A stretch of DNA of 64,000 nucleotides from Bacteroidales bacterium. Its GTDB lineage: Bacteria > Bacteroidota > Bacteroidia > Bacteroidales > WCHB1-69. The notes under the pieces were generated by a model that was not told the origin of the DNA, ran no database searches, and saw only the letters and a list, made by a program, of their open reading frames with translations. The stretch spans positions 93,155 through 157,154 of the forward strand of contig JAFZZK010000020.1 in NCBI GenBank assembly GCA_017615795.1, in the 5' to 3' direction. How positions within the stretch are numbered: position 1 is the first letter of the stretch; each line of letters starts with the position of its first letter. The position numbers were made by a program, and so were the translations under genes. This document shows, piece after piece, positions 27,606-36,202 of the stretch.

Positions 27606-27691
27606 CACATTTTATTTTAGATATGGCAATTTTTTTTGGCGACTATATATCTGATGTACAAATCAGGACTTCCCCGCGCCGCTATTTTTTC

Positions 27692-27699
27692 TATTTTTG
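27692..27699 (+). promoter_or_regulatory. -7 promoter box (TATTTTTG) for the uvrA-like gene
   Basis: Exact TAnnTTTG, 20 nt upstream of the ATG. Confidence 0.55.
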
Positions 27700-27718
27700 C
27701 GCCCCATAATCATAGTCC

Positions 27719-29968
27719 ATGAGTGCGAACAACAACGATATCATCATACTCCATGCCACGGAGAACAACCTGCGCGACGTTTCGCTGCGCATTCCCAAGA
27801 AGAAAATCACAGTCTTCACGGGCGTTTCCGGTTCCGGCAAGTCCTCGCTATGCCTCGACACCATCGCGGCTGAAAGCCGGCGCGAATTGAACGAGACCTT
27901 CCCCTCCTTCATCCAGCAATACCTGCCGAAATACGGCCGTCCCAAGGTGGAACGCATCGAGAACATGCCCGTCACCATCGTCATCGACCAGAAGAAGCCC
28001 TCCTCGAACAGCCGCTCGACTGTAGGTACCTACACCGACATCCAGGCCCTGCTGCGACTGCTCTTCTCCCGTGTGGGAAAGCCCTTCGTGGGCTATTCCG
28101 ACTCCTTCTCCTTCAACCATCCCGCCGGCAGCTGCCCGCGCTGCGCCGGACTGGGGGAGATCCGCGAGCTGGACATCCACAAGCTGGTGGACTTCAACAA
28201 GTCGCTCAACGACGAAGACACCATCCACTACATCGCCTTCGGGAAGGGCGGCTGGCGCTGGATACGCTATGCCCACAGCGGCCTTTTCGACCTGGACAAG
28301 AAAATCAAAGACTACTCTCCGGAAGAGTTGGAGCTCTTTCTGCACTCGCCGCAGATCAAGCTGAAAAACCCGCCCTCCAACTGGCCGAAAAGCGCCAAAT
28401 ACGAGGGCCTCATACCCAGGATGTACCGCAGCATCATCAATTCGGAAGAGGGACTGCTGCATGCCGCCGTCCTCAATCCGATGCTCACGATGGGCACCTG
28501 CCCCGACTGCCACGGCACGCGGCTGAACGAGAAAATCCGCTCGTGCCGCATCCTCGGCAAGAACATCGCGGAGGTGGGCGATATGCCGATTTCGGATCTT
28601 GTCGGCTTCGTGGCCGGCATCGACGACCCGTTGGCCGTGGACATCAAACGAGAGCTGGCCAAACGGCTGCAGGCACTGTGCGACATCGGGCTGGGATACC
28701 TCTCCCTGAGCCGCGGCACAGGCACCCTTTCCGGCGGCGAGGCCCAACGCATCAAGATTGCCAAATACATCAACTCGCCCCTTACCGACATGGCCTACGT
28801 GCTCGACGAGCCATCTGTAGGGTTGCACCCCCTGGACATCGCACGCCTCAAGCAGTCACTGCACCACCTGCGCGACCACGGCAACACCATCCTCATCGTG
28901 GAACACCACCGCGAGATCGTGGCCATGGCCGACCACGTGGTCGACATGGGGCCCGGTGCGGGCAGCCACGGCGGACAAATCGTCTTCGAAGGCTCCTACC
29001 CCGAATTGCTGCAGTCCGACACCATCACGGGACGGATGCTGTGCCATCACGGAACGCTCAAGCCGGAGGTGCGCAAGCCCTCGGGCTTCTTCCACATCCA
29101 AAATGCCACGCTCCACAACCTCAAAGACCTCTCGCTCGACATCCCGATGGGCGTGATGACCGTCATCGCAGGCGTGGCCGGCTCGGGCAAAAGCTCCCTG
29201 ATGGAGGAGTTCCAGCGGCAGTGCGACCGTGACACCATTTTCATCGGCCAAAAGAGCATCGGCATCAACCTGCGTTCCACACCAGCCACCTACCTCGACA
29301 TCTCCGACACCATCCGGAAACTGTTCGCCAAGGCCGGCAAGGCCCCTGTGCAGCTCTTCTCCTTCAACTCCAAGGGCGGGTGCCCGGCCTGCGGCGGCAA
29401 GGGAGTCATCGTCTCCGACATGGCTTTCATGGAGTCCATCGAGACAGTGTGCGACGTTTGCCACGGCACGCGTTACAACAACGATGCGCTGCGCCATACC
29501 TACCAAGGGAAAAACATCGCCGAGGTCATGGACCTCTCCGTGGAGGAGGCCATCGCATTCTTCGCCGACCAACCCTTCCAGCCGCAGCTGCGCGCATTAG
29601 AGCAGGTGGGACTCGGCTATCTGCACCTCAACCAGGCGATGACCACACTCTCCGGCGGCGAGCTTCAACGCATCAAATTAGCCGACCAACTACACCGCAA
29701 GGGCGAGGTCTTCATCCTGGATGAACCTACCGACGGCTTGCATCTCGACGACGTGCGCAGGTTGCTACAGCTTTTCCACAAGATGACCGATGCAGGCAAC
29801 ACCCTCATCCTCATAGAACATAGCATTGACGTGATGAAAGAGGCCGACTACATCATCGAACTCGGCCCCGGCGGAGGAGAAGCAGGCGGACAGTTGCTCT
29901 TCGCCGGCACCCCTCGTGAGATACTGCAAAGCACGCGCTCCGTAACACGGCCGTTCCTGTCGGAGTGA
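27719..29968 (+). CDS. UvrA-like ABC ATPase, short class (UvrA2-type, no UvrB-binding insertion)
   Basis: 749 aa. Two ABC modules (GVSGSGKSSL, GVAGSGKSSL; signatures LSGGEAQR, LSGGELQR). Zinc modules CPRCAGLGE, CPDCHGTR and CPACGGKG...CDVCHGTR. About 190 aa shorter than canonical UvrA. Confidence 0.85.
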   Translation: MSANNNDIIILHATENNLRDVSLRIPKKKITVFTGVSGSGKSSLCLDTIAAESRRELNETFPSFIQQYLPKYGRPKVERIENMPVTIVIDQKKPSSNSRSTVGTYTDIQALLRLLFSRVGKPFVGYSDSFSFNHPAGSCPRCAGLGEIRELDIHKLVDFNKSLNDEDTIHYIAFGKGGWRWIRYAHSGLFDLDKKIKDYSPEELELFLHSPQIKLKNPPSNWPKSAKYEGLIPRMYRSIINSEEGLLHAAVLNPMLTMGTCPDCHGTRLNEKIRSCRILGKNIAEVGDMPISDLVGFVAGIDDPLAVDIKRELAKRLQALCDIGLGYLSLSRGTGTLSGGEAQRIKIAKYINSPLTDMAYVLDEPSVGLHPLDIARLKQSLHHLRDHGNTILIVEHHREIVAMADHVVDMGPGAGSHGGQIVFEGSYPELLQSDTITGRMLCHHGTLKPEVRKPSGFFHIQNATLHNLKDLSLDIPMGVMTVIAGVAGSGKSSLMEEFQRQCDRDTIFIGQKSIGINLRSTPATYLDISDTIRKLFAKAGKAPVQLFSFNSKGGCPACGGKGVIVSDMAFMESIETVCDVCHGTRYNNDALRHTYQGKNIAEVMDLSVEEAIAFFADQPFQPQLRALEQVGLGYLHLNQAMTTLSGGELQRIKLADQLHRKGEVFILDEPTDGLHLDDVRRLLQLFHKMTDAGNTLILIEHSIDVMKEADYIIELGPGGGEAGGQLLFAGTPREILQSTRSVTRPFLSE

Positions 29969-30022
29969 TACGCCACACGAAGCACAAAACCATAATATCC
30001 GACAATAATTATAGTCAAAAAA

Positions 30023-30046
30023 AGAGGCACGGTTTCCCGTGCCTCT
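30023..30046. terminator. Bidirectional hairpin terminator between convergent genes
   Basis: AGAGGCACGG-TTTC-CCGTGCCTCT, flanked by an A-run and T-containing sequence. Confidence 0.7.
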
Positions 30047-30068
30047 GTAACAATATTTATTCCCAAAT

Positions 30069-31421
30069 CTATTTCGCGAAGTGCTGATAGAATTGGATAA
30101 TGGTCTCGATGCCTTTGTAGAAATGGTCGAGGCGGTAGTTCTCGTTAGGCGAATGGATAGCATCTTCGCCGAGACCAAAGCCCATCAGGATGGACTTGAT
30201 GCCTAACACCTTCTCGAACGTGGAAATGATGGGGATGCTTCCGCCGCTACGCATCGGGATGGGCAACTTACCGTAGGTGTCCATGTAGGCAGCCTCTGCA
30301 GCCTTATAGGCAGGATGGTCCGTGGGACAGCCGTAGGCCTGGCCGCCGTGCAGCGACGTGACCTTCACCGTGACATAGTCGGGGGCATTCTGCTCGAAAT
30401 AGTCCTTCACCAGCTGGGCAATCTTCTCATGATCCTGGTTGGGAACCAAACGGCAGGAGAGTTTGGCGTATGCCTTAGAAGGCAACACTGTTTTGGAGCC
30501 TTCAGCGGTATAGCCGCCCCAGATGCCGCACAGGTCGAAAGTCGGGCGGATGCCGACGTGCTCGATCTTGGTATAGCCTTTCTCGCCACGCAATGCCTTC
30601 ACACCAAGCGACTTCTTATATTCCTCCTCGTCATAGGGAGCCATATTGAGCAGCTCGCGCTCGCGGGCAGAGCACTCCACCACGTCATCGTAGAAATGCG
30701 GGATGGTGATGTGGTTGTTCTCGTCCATGCAGCCGGCAATCATCTCACACAACGTATTGATCGGGTTGGCCACGGAACCGCCAAAAATGCCGGAATGCAG
30801 GTCGGCATTGGGACCGGTAACCTCGATCTCCCAATAGGACAATCCGCGCAGGCCGGAGGTGATGGAGGGCACGTCGGTGGCAATCATGCTGGTGTCGGAA
30901 ACGAGAATGACATCAGCTTTCACGAGATCCTTGTTCTCCACAATCCACTTGGAGAGGCTGGGCGAGCCGATTTCCTCCTCGCCTTCAAGCATGAACTTCA
31001 CGTTGCAGGGCAGCGTATTGGTTTTTAGCATTGTTTCGAAAGCCTTGGCGTGCATAAAAGACTGTCCCTTGTCATCATCGGCGCCGCGGCACCAGATCTT
31101 GCCATCCTTGATCACGGGTTCAAAAGGATCCGTGTTCCACAGTTCCACAGGGTCAACCGGCATCACGTCGTAATGGCCGTAAACCAACACGGTCTTGGCA
31201 TTCGGGTCGATGATTTTCTCGCCGTACACAATGGGATTGCCCTCGGCAGGCATAACTTCACATTTGTCGGCACCGGCGGCGAGGATCAACTCACGCCAAC
31301 GTTCGGCACAACGCACCATGTCGCCCTTGTGCTCGCTCTCAGAGCTGATGGACGGGATTCTTAACAGGGTGAAAAGTTCGTCTAAGAAACGATTCCGATT
31401 TTCTTCAATAAACTGGTTCAT
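30069..31421 (-). CDS. M20-family dipeptidase / metallohydrolase
   Basis: 450 aa. LLRIPSISS, VLVYGHYDVMPVDP and GRGADDDKGQ are typical M20 metal-binding blocks. Confidence 0.85.
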   Translation of the reverse strand: MNQFIEENRNRFLDELFTLLRIPSISSESEHKGDMVRCAERWRELILAAGADKCEVMPAEGNPIVYGEKIIDPNAKTVLVYGHYDVMPVDPVELWNTDPFEPVIKDGKIWCRGADDDKGQSFMHAKAFETMLKTNTLPCNVKFMLEGEEEIGSPSLSKWIVENKDLVKADVILVSDTSMIATDVPSITSGLRGLSYWEIEVTGPNADLHSGIFGGSVANPINTLCEMIAGCMDENNHITIPHFYDDVVECSARERELLNMAPYDEEEYKKSLGVKALRGEKGYTKIEHVGIRPTFDLCGIWGGYTAEGSKTVLPSKAYAKLSCRLVPNQDHEKIAQLVKDYFEQNAPDYVTVKVTSLHGGQAYGCPTDHPAYKAAEAAYMDTYGKLPIPMRSGGSIPIISTFEKVLGIKSILMGFGLGEDAIHSPNENYRLDHFYKGIETIIQFYQHFAK

Positions 31422-31503
31422 ACAAAAACATTTAAAAGTTATAGTGATTTAATTTCAAAAGACAAATAGAAAACGGCCGATAATCAGACCGTGGAATTCA
31501 TAT

Positions 31504-33057
31504 TTACAGTGCTACGAAATAATATACATTGCCAATAATCGTGAAAAAATTATACCGGGACACGGGCACTCCCAAAAATTCGTTCTTGTGATTCTCAGAC
31601 AATGTGTAATATTTATTGCCAATCTTTATGCTTTTCATCTTGCTGCGACTGTTTTCACTAATTTCCACACTGCCTTTCCCATCCGACCATGTATCCCCGA
31701 ATCCGTTTCCGATTTTGAGAACAGGGAAATAGCCTCTACTGATCTCTTCCGAAGCCGCAGAGGAGGGAGCACTCGAATAGCTGTGGGATGGGGAGTCGGA
31801 CATCACCTGTGCGGAGTTCCCATAATGCTTCTGTGTCGGAGGCGCATTCGTAGTCATGGCCTGGCTTGCGGCATCGGCCACGCCAGAGATGATTTCCATG
31901 GCCATAGCCCATTTCCGGAGACGCTCCTGGCGGGCGATTGCCTTTTCCTGCTTGATATTTTCAATACGTGCCAGCACCTTGTTCTGCCCGTCCACAGCCC
32001 GCTTGTAGCCTTGATTCACGGCAGCTGTCACCCATGCGCCCGCCTTGTCGAGATCCTGTTTTGTGCCGTACCCATTCAGATAGCAAATCCCCGTGGCGTA
32101 CTGCCCCGGCGCATATCCGGATTCAGCCGAGCGCTTGTAATAATTGAACATGGTTTTGGCGCGTTTGTCTTCTGCTGACGTCAGCTGGCATTCTTGCAAG
32201 AAGCCATACTGATAGATGGCGGGCAAATACCCTGTTTTCACCGCCTTCTGCAAGACAAGGTCGGCGTTGGCAATCATGCCCTCGCGATCCGGCACTATCT
32301 TTCCATTCATGTAAAAAATTGCCAGATCCAGCATGGCCGGGGGATATTCCGCGGCAGCGGATTTCTTCAGAAAGCCCAACGCAGTCGTCCAATTCCCGTT
32401 CAGGTTGTTCTCCACATAATACTTGCAGTAATCATTATAAGCCTCCAAGTTCAGGGATCCGTTGGCGCGAGCGCGCAGCGTATACTCCGTGGCGTAAAAG
32501 TCAGCATAGCAATCACTGCCCCCGGCAATGGCGGCGGCATAGTTGGCCAAGGCCGCCTTCTCGTCTTGTTCCACCCCGAGACCATATTGCAGCAGGGACC
32601 CCAGCCCCACCAGAAACAAGTCGTCGTAGCGCGCTGCCTGGCTAAAATAATAGAACGAGGAGTCGAAGTTCTGCATCATGTCCGGACGGCTTGTATAATA
32701 AAGCAACCCTTGGCAATACAATGCTTTCGAGCTGGTGAACACATCGTCCGGCCCTGCGGCGGCACACGCCTTACGGTAATAGGCTTGTGAAAGAGGACTG
32801 TTTCGCAAGTTCGCATTCACAGCGTCCTTATACAACTCTCCCATCAGGAGATAGGCCCGTGCCTCTTCAGACGGATGCGTGGAGGCTATGCTCTCGCAAG
32901 CACGCGCCACATCCTCAAAATCCGTCTGAACGGAGTTTTTGTCATCCCTGCATTTGACCATTTTCTGCTGGTACGCGTAAAAGTCTTTGCTCAACTCTTG
33001 GGGAAGCAGGGTGCCACACCACAACAAGAGCAAGCTGCACAAAAATATTCTTTGCAT
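31504..33057 (-). CDS. Secreted Sel1/TPR-like repeat protein
   Basis: Signal peptide MQRIFLCSLLLLWCGTLLPQ (start trimmed to Met8). Repeated A..YY.KAA..G...A...LG..Y..G.G units. Confidence 0.7.
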   Translation of the reverse strand: MQRIFLCSLLLLWCGTLLPQELSKDFYAYQQKMVKCRDDKNSVQTDFEDVARACESIASTHPSEEARAYLLMGELYKDAVNANLRNSPLSQAYYRKACAAAGPDDVFTSSKALYCQGLLYYTSRPDMMQNFDSSFYYFSQAARYDDLFLVGLGSLLQYGLGVEQDEKAALANYAAAIAGGSDCYADFYATEYTLRARANGSLNLEAYNDYCKYYVENNLNGNWTTALGFLKKSAAAEYPPAMLDLAIFYMNGKIVPDREGMIANADLVLQKAVKTGYLPAIYQYGFLQECQLTSAEDKRAKTMFNYYKRSAESGYAPGQYATGICYLNGYGTKQDLDKAGAWVTAAVNQGYKRAVDGQNKVLARIENIKQEKAIARQERLRKWAMAMEIISGVADAASQAMTTNAPPTQKHYGNSAQVMSDSPSHSYSSAPSSAASEEISRGYFPVLKIGNGFGDTWSDGKGSVEISENSRSKMKSIKIGNKYYTLSENHKNEFLGVPVSRYNFFTIIGNVYYFVAL

Positions 33058-33085
33058 TGTAAGTTGATATGAGCACATCTTCTTT

Positions 33086-33679
33086 TTATTGGTTTATAAT
33101 CTTGCCAAGCATTTCCCACAACAGCCTTGTGGGCAACCCCATCACGTTGTAGAAGGAGCCTTGTATAGAGCTGATCCCCACACAGCCGATCCACTCCTGC
33201 ACGCCGTAGGCACCAGCCTTGTCAAGAGGACAATATTGCTGTTCATAGTAGCGGATTTCATCCTCGGTGAGTTCGGCAAAGGTAACCTCCGTGGAGCGAT
33301 AGTCGGTCAGGGAATGGTTGGGGGTGGCCACCGTGAGGCCACTCAACACCGTATGGGTATGGCCCGACAGCTGGCGAAGCATCTGCAAGGCCTCCTCGTC
33401 ATCCCTGGGTTTTCCCATTATCCGCCCGTCCATCACCACGATGGTGTCGCAGGCAATGAAGAGGGTGTTGGCGGGATAGTCCGCCATGTTCAACCCTGAG
33501 AGCTTCAATTTGGAGAGATACTGCACCACTTCGGCGGGGGGCATTGAGGGGTCGTACGACTCCTCCACCTCGGTGGCAAGCAGTTCATAGTCGATCCCCA
33601 TATCGGCAAGGAGCTCGCGCCGCCTCGGCGACTTGGAGGCCAGGTATATTTTGTAGTTTTTCAGTTCGTCCAGAAGCAT
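33086..33679 (-). CDS. maf: Maf-like nucleoside triphosphate pyrophosphatase
   Basis: IYLASKSPRRRELL and the KAGAYGVQE motif. Start set to MLLDEL because the promoter box at 33701..33708 lies inside the ORF-track extension. Confidence 0.9.
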   Translation of the reverse strand: MLLDELKNYKIYLASKSPRRRELLADMGIDYELLATEVEESYDPSMPPAEVVQYLSKLKLSGLNMADYPANTLFIACDTIVVMDGRIMGKPRDDEEALQMLRQLSGHTHTVLSGLTVATPNHSLTDYRSTEVTFAELTEDEIRYYEQQYCPLDKAGAYGVQEWIGCVGISSIQGSFYNVMGLPTRLLWEMLGKIINQ

Positions 33680-33700
33680 AGCCGGTGTGTTTGTGGGCTG

Positions 33701-33708
33701 CAAAAATA
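33701..33708 (-). promoter_or_regulatory. -7 promoter box (TATTTTTG on minus strand) for maf
   Basis: Plus-strand CAAAAATA, 22 nt upstream of the trimmed ATG. Confidence 0.55.
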
Positions 33709-33750
33709 AGCATTATTATTGAATAAATATAGGTGCGGGCGCTATTTTTG

Positions 33751-33758
33751 TATCTTTG
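33751..33758 (+). promoter_or_regulatory. -7 promoter box (TATCTTTG) for the small membrane protein / DUF2807 pair
   Basis: Exact TAnnTTTG. A second match (TATTTTTG) abuts it at 33743..33750. Confidence 0.5.
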
Positions 33759-33823
33759 CACCCGATAAAAAGTGGTACACTTTTTAGTGACCAAACTGGT
33801 AAACTTTTTAATGATTATATCCA

Positions 33824-34033
33824 ATGTCAAAATTAAAAGACCTCATCCAATCTCCCATATACCAATCTTTTATGAAAAGATTGCTGTTGTATTCGCTTAT
33901 CGTGCTGGTTATAGGCGTCGCTTTTTGGTTTTTGCGCCTGCCCGGCGTCAACATTATGCTTATAGTCAGTGGCGGTACTTTGATTTTCTGGCTGTTTTTC
34001 ACCCTGGTTGCAATATTGTTTTTTCGCGATTGA
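33824..34033 (+). CDS. Small two-TM membrane protein, hypothetical
   Basis: 69 aa with two clear hydrophobic helices. It follows a promoter box and ends 8 nt before the next start. Confidence 0.45.
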   Translation: MSKLKDLIQSPIYQSFMKRLLLYSLIVLVIGVAFWFLRLPGVNIMLIVSGGTLIFWLFFTLVAILFFRD

Positions 34034-34040
34034 CGCCAAG

Positions 34041-34790
34041 ATGGTTCTCAAACCGCAAATAAAACTTATTGGCATTCTCGGAATTCTGTTCTGCCTTTGC
34101 CTCGGCACGGCAAATGCCCGGCAGGTTACGGTGAAACGCCACGTGCCGGAGTTCAACTCCATTTACAACAACTCGTTTCTGGACATCCGGTATGTGCAAG
34201 GGCCGCAATACAAGGTGGTGCTCGAGATGGACGAGGCCCTGGTTCCTCGTGTGGTGACTGTGGTGGAGAAAGGGGTGCTGAAAATCTACGTGAAAGGATC
34301 CGTCACCATCCGGCCCGCCGACAAGTACAGGATTGTGGTCTATTCCCCGTTCCTGGTGGAGGCCTGCAATGTGGGGGATGGCGTGATGGATCTGGGGGAT
34401 CTGTCAGGTTCCACTTTCTACGCCGACAATACCGGAAGAGGGAGCATCCTGCTCACCTTCACTCCCTATGAAGATCAGTACAGCTATGCCACGGTCAGAA
34501 TACGCAACAGATCGGCCGGCATCGTCTGGGCCGATTGTGAAGCCGGCAGCGTGGAGATCGAGAGCGAGGGTGACGGGTATGCGGAGGTGGCGGGCTCCGC
34601 CACGAACCTGAAGGTCAGCCTCACGGGCAACGGCGAGATCAATGCCGCCGACCTGGTGGCAGAGCGGGCCAATGTGAAGCTGGACGGCCCGGGCAGCATC
34701 TTTGTGAACGTCAGCGTCACCACCCGCGTCACCGCCGACGGCGGCGGGCTCGTGGAGATCTACGGGGATTCGGAGGTGATAGAGAATTGA
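34041..34790 (+). CDS. DUF2807-like (putative adhesin head GIN domain) secreted protein
   Basis: Signal peptide after Met12 (MVLKPQIKLIGILGILFCLCLGTANA). F..I......L.I.YVQG....V.....E.L......V..G.LKI followed by beta-strand repeats with G.G.I. Confidence 0.65.
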   Translation: MVLKPQIKLIGILGILFCLCLGTANARQVTVKRHVPEFNSIYNNSFLDIRYVQGPQYKVVLEMDEALVPRVVTVVEKGVLKIYVKGSVTIRPADKYRIVVYSPFLVEACNVGDGVMDLGDLSGSTFYADNTGRGSILLTFTPYEDQYSYATVRIRNRSAGIVWADCEAGSVEIESEGDGYAEVAGSATNLKVSLTGNGEINAADLVAERANVKLDGPGSIFVNVSVTTRVTADGGGLVEIYGDSEVIEN

Positions 34791-34909
34791 GCGGCAACGT
34801 GACCGTTCATACCCTATGTCCCACAGGGACAAAACCCGTAGAAACCATACGCAAGGAAAATCCATATAACTTATTATTCACCTTTTTTGTCGCTCTAATC
34901 AAAAAAAAC

Positions 34910-34917
34910 TACTTTTG
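34910..34917 (+). promoter_or_regulatory. -7 promoter box (TACTTTTG) at the left edge of the low-GC island
   Basis: Exact TAnnTTTG, about 50 nt upstream of leader-repeat copy A. Confidence 0.5.
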
Positions 34918-34966
34918 CATTTTCAAAAGAACTATGAAAGTCTAAAAAATATAAGTTACGGAGGAC

Positions 34967-34990
34967 GCCGAAAATCCGGAAAAGAGTAGG
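34967..34990 (+). repeat. Leader/cassette repeat copy A, core GCCGAAAATCCGGAAAAGAGTAGG
   Basis: Identical 24/24 to copy C. The ATG of ORF 35014 follows 23 nt later. Weaker similarity extends from about 34958 to 35013. Confidence 0.85.
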
Positions 34991-35013
34991 TGAAAAACTG
35001 TAAAAATTAGAAC

Positions 35014-35547
35014 ATGAGAAACTTTTTTAACAGAGCTACTGGTTTGGAAAAACTGATTCAAATCGTTAGAGAGTCTTGGAATCATCTTGCTGAAAATATT
35101 GCAAGTGGGAAAATATGTATTAATAATGAGGCAGACTTGGAACTCGAACTGGGTTACCTTTTGAAGAAAAAAGGACTGTATGTTGGTCGTCAACATCCCG
35201 CTAGCTTGAACAAAAGTACAAGTAAGACTGCATCTGGAAATGCTAAGGTTGATCTATATACAACACTTTCTGATAGACAAGGCAATTATACGGCAGCCAT
35301 TGAGATGAAATGGCCTCACGATCATATGCCTAAAGATTATAGAATTGAAATTCTTAATGACATTGAAAATCTTGAGGCCTATATTAAAGATGGTATTGCA
35401 GACGTTGGTTTCGCATTGGTATATACAAAAGAGAGAAGCTATCTGGATGACAATCATGAAGTGAAAATCAACAGCACTGGGCACCAAACCGATTGGCTCA
35501 CCTTTAACGACGAACAAGAATGTTTCCTGACCATTTTGGTAAACTAA
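35014..35547 (+). CDS. Stand-alone PD-(D/E)xK nuclease-fold protein, hypothetical
   Basis: 177 aa. Candidate motif E(ADLELE)...KVDLY...AAIEMKW (D..ExK). Homologous block by block to the N-terminus of ORF 36203. Confidence 0.6.
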   Translation: MRNFFNRATGLEKLIQIVRESWNHLAENIASGKICINNEADLELELGYLLKKKGLYVGRQHPASLNKSTSKTASGNAKVDLYTTLSDRQGNYTAAIEMKWPHDHMPKDYRIEILNDIENLEAYIKDGIADVGFALVYTKERSYLDDNHEVKINSTGHQTDWLTFNDEQECFLTILVN

Positions 35548-35594
35548 CAAACCTCAATCACATGAAAGAGAATCCGTCCGATGAGCATAGGAAA

Positions 35595-35619
35595 GCCCGA
35601 AAATCCAGAAAAGAGTAGC
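35595..35619 (+). repeat. Leader/cassette repeat copy B, GCCCGAAAATCCAGAAAAGAGTAGC
   Basis: Differs from copies A and C by a 1-nt insertion and 2 substitutions. The ATG of ORF 35634 follows 14 nt later. Confidence 0.8.
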
Positions 35620-35633
35620 TAAAAAACAATATT

Positions 35634-36038
35634 ATGGCATTAATAAAAAGATGGAAACGTCGCAAAAGTGTTGTTGAAATCGAATTTATGATTGGCGACA
35701 AAGTATGGTTTATCCCCAAAGGAGAAAAAGAGGCAATATCCGGAGAAGTCATTCGTATCCAAGCAGATGTCAAACGCTTCAACAAAAAAACGATAGGTGA
35801 CGTGAAATACACTATTGTAGATGATGTGTATGGTGAATGTTTCGACGTTTCTTACGACAACGTGTATTCTAAAAAGTATGAAGCAGAAGGTTTTTATAAA
35901 TTTGAGTGTCGGGTTTATTTCACAGCTAACGCTTATCAACGAGAAACAGTATTTGCCAAAAACCCCAAAGATGCTGAAGAGATGATAAAGCAGAGGTGTC
36001 CGAATGTGTATAATGTTGAATATGACTCCTATGAGTAG
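35634..36038 (+). CDS. Hypothetical protein
   Basis: 134 aa, AT-rich, preceded by repeat copy B. No motif recognised. Confidence 0.5.
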   Translation: MALIKRWKRRKSVVEIEFMIGDKVWFIPKGEKEAISGEVIRIQADVKRFNKKTIGDVKYTIVDDVYGECFDVSYDNVYSKKYEAEGFYKFECRVYFTANAYQRETVFAKNPKDAEEMIKQRCPNVYNVEYDSYE

Positions 36039-36202
36039 ATTGTGAAACTCTCCATCAACCTACCCTATCACAAGATCTTATAAGGCAAAACGTCTCATCC
36101 CCCTGCCAATGCGCTTTGGACAAGGTGTTTATAACTTTTTTTAGGTTATTCACTTAAATATACAACTAACCAAGGTATATAAGAAGGATAAAACTAAAAA
36201 AC

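Noticed and set aside
34836-34850. Possible island att direct repeat: CCGTAGAAACCAT at the left edge versus CCGTAGAGACACCAT at 48660..48674
   Set aside because: The match is only 7+5 nt and is interrupted. The right-hand copy is better explained as a half-site of the GTAGAGAC palindrome family. This is too weak to call without comparative data.
35564-35620. Upstream leader peptide hypothesis for the 24-nt repeat (ATG AAA GAG ... GAG TAG, 18 codons, ending in the repeat core)
   Set aside because: Only copy B has an in-frame ATG. In copy A the nearby ATGAAAG opens a 3-codon frame that stops before the core. Copy C offers only a TTG. The shared ...RKSGKE-stop reading is just a consequence of nucleotide identity.
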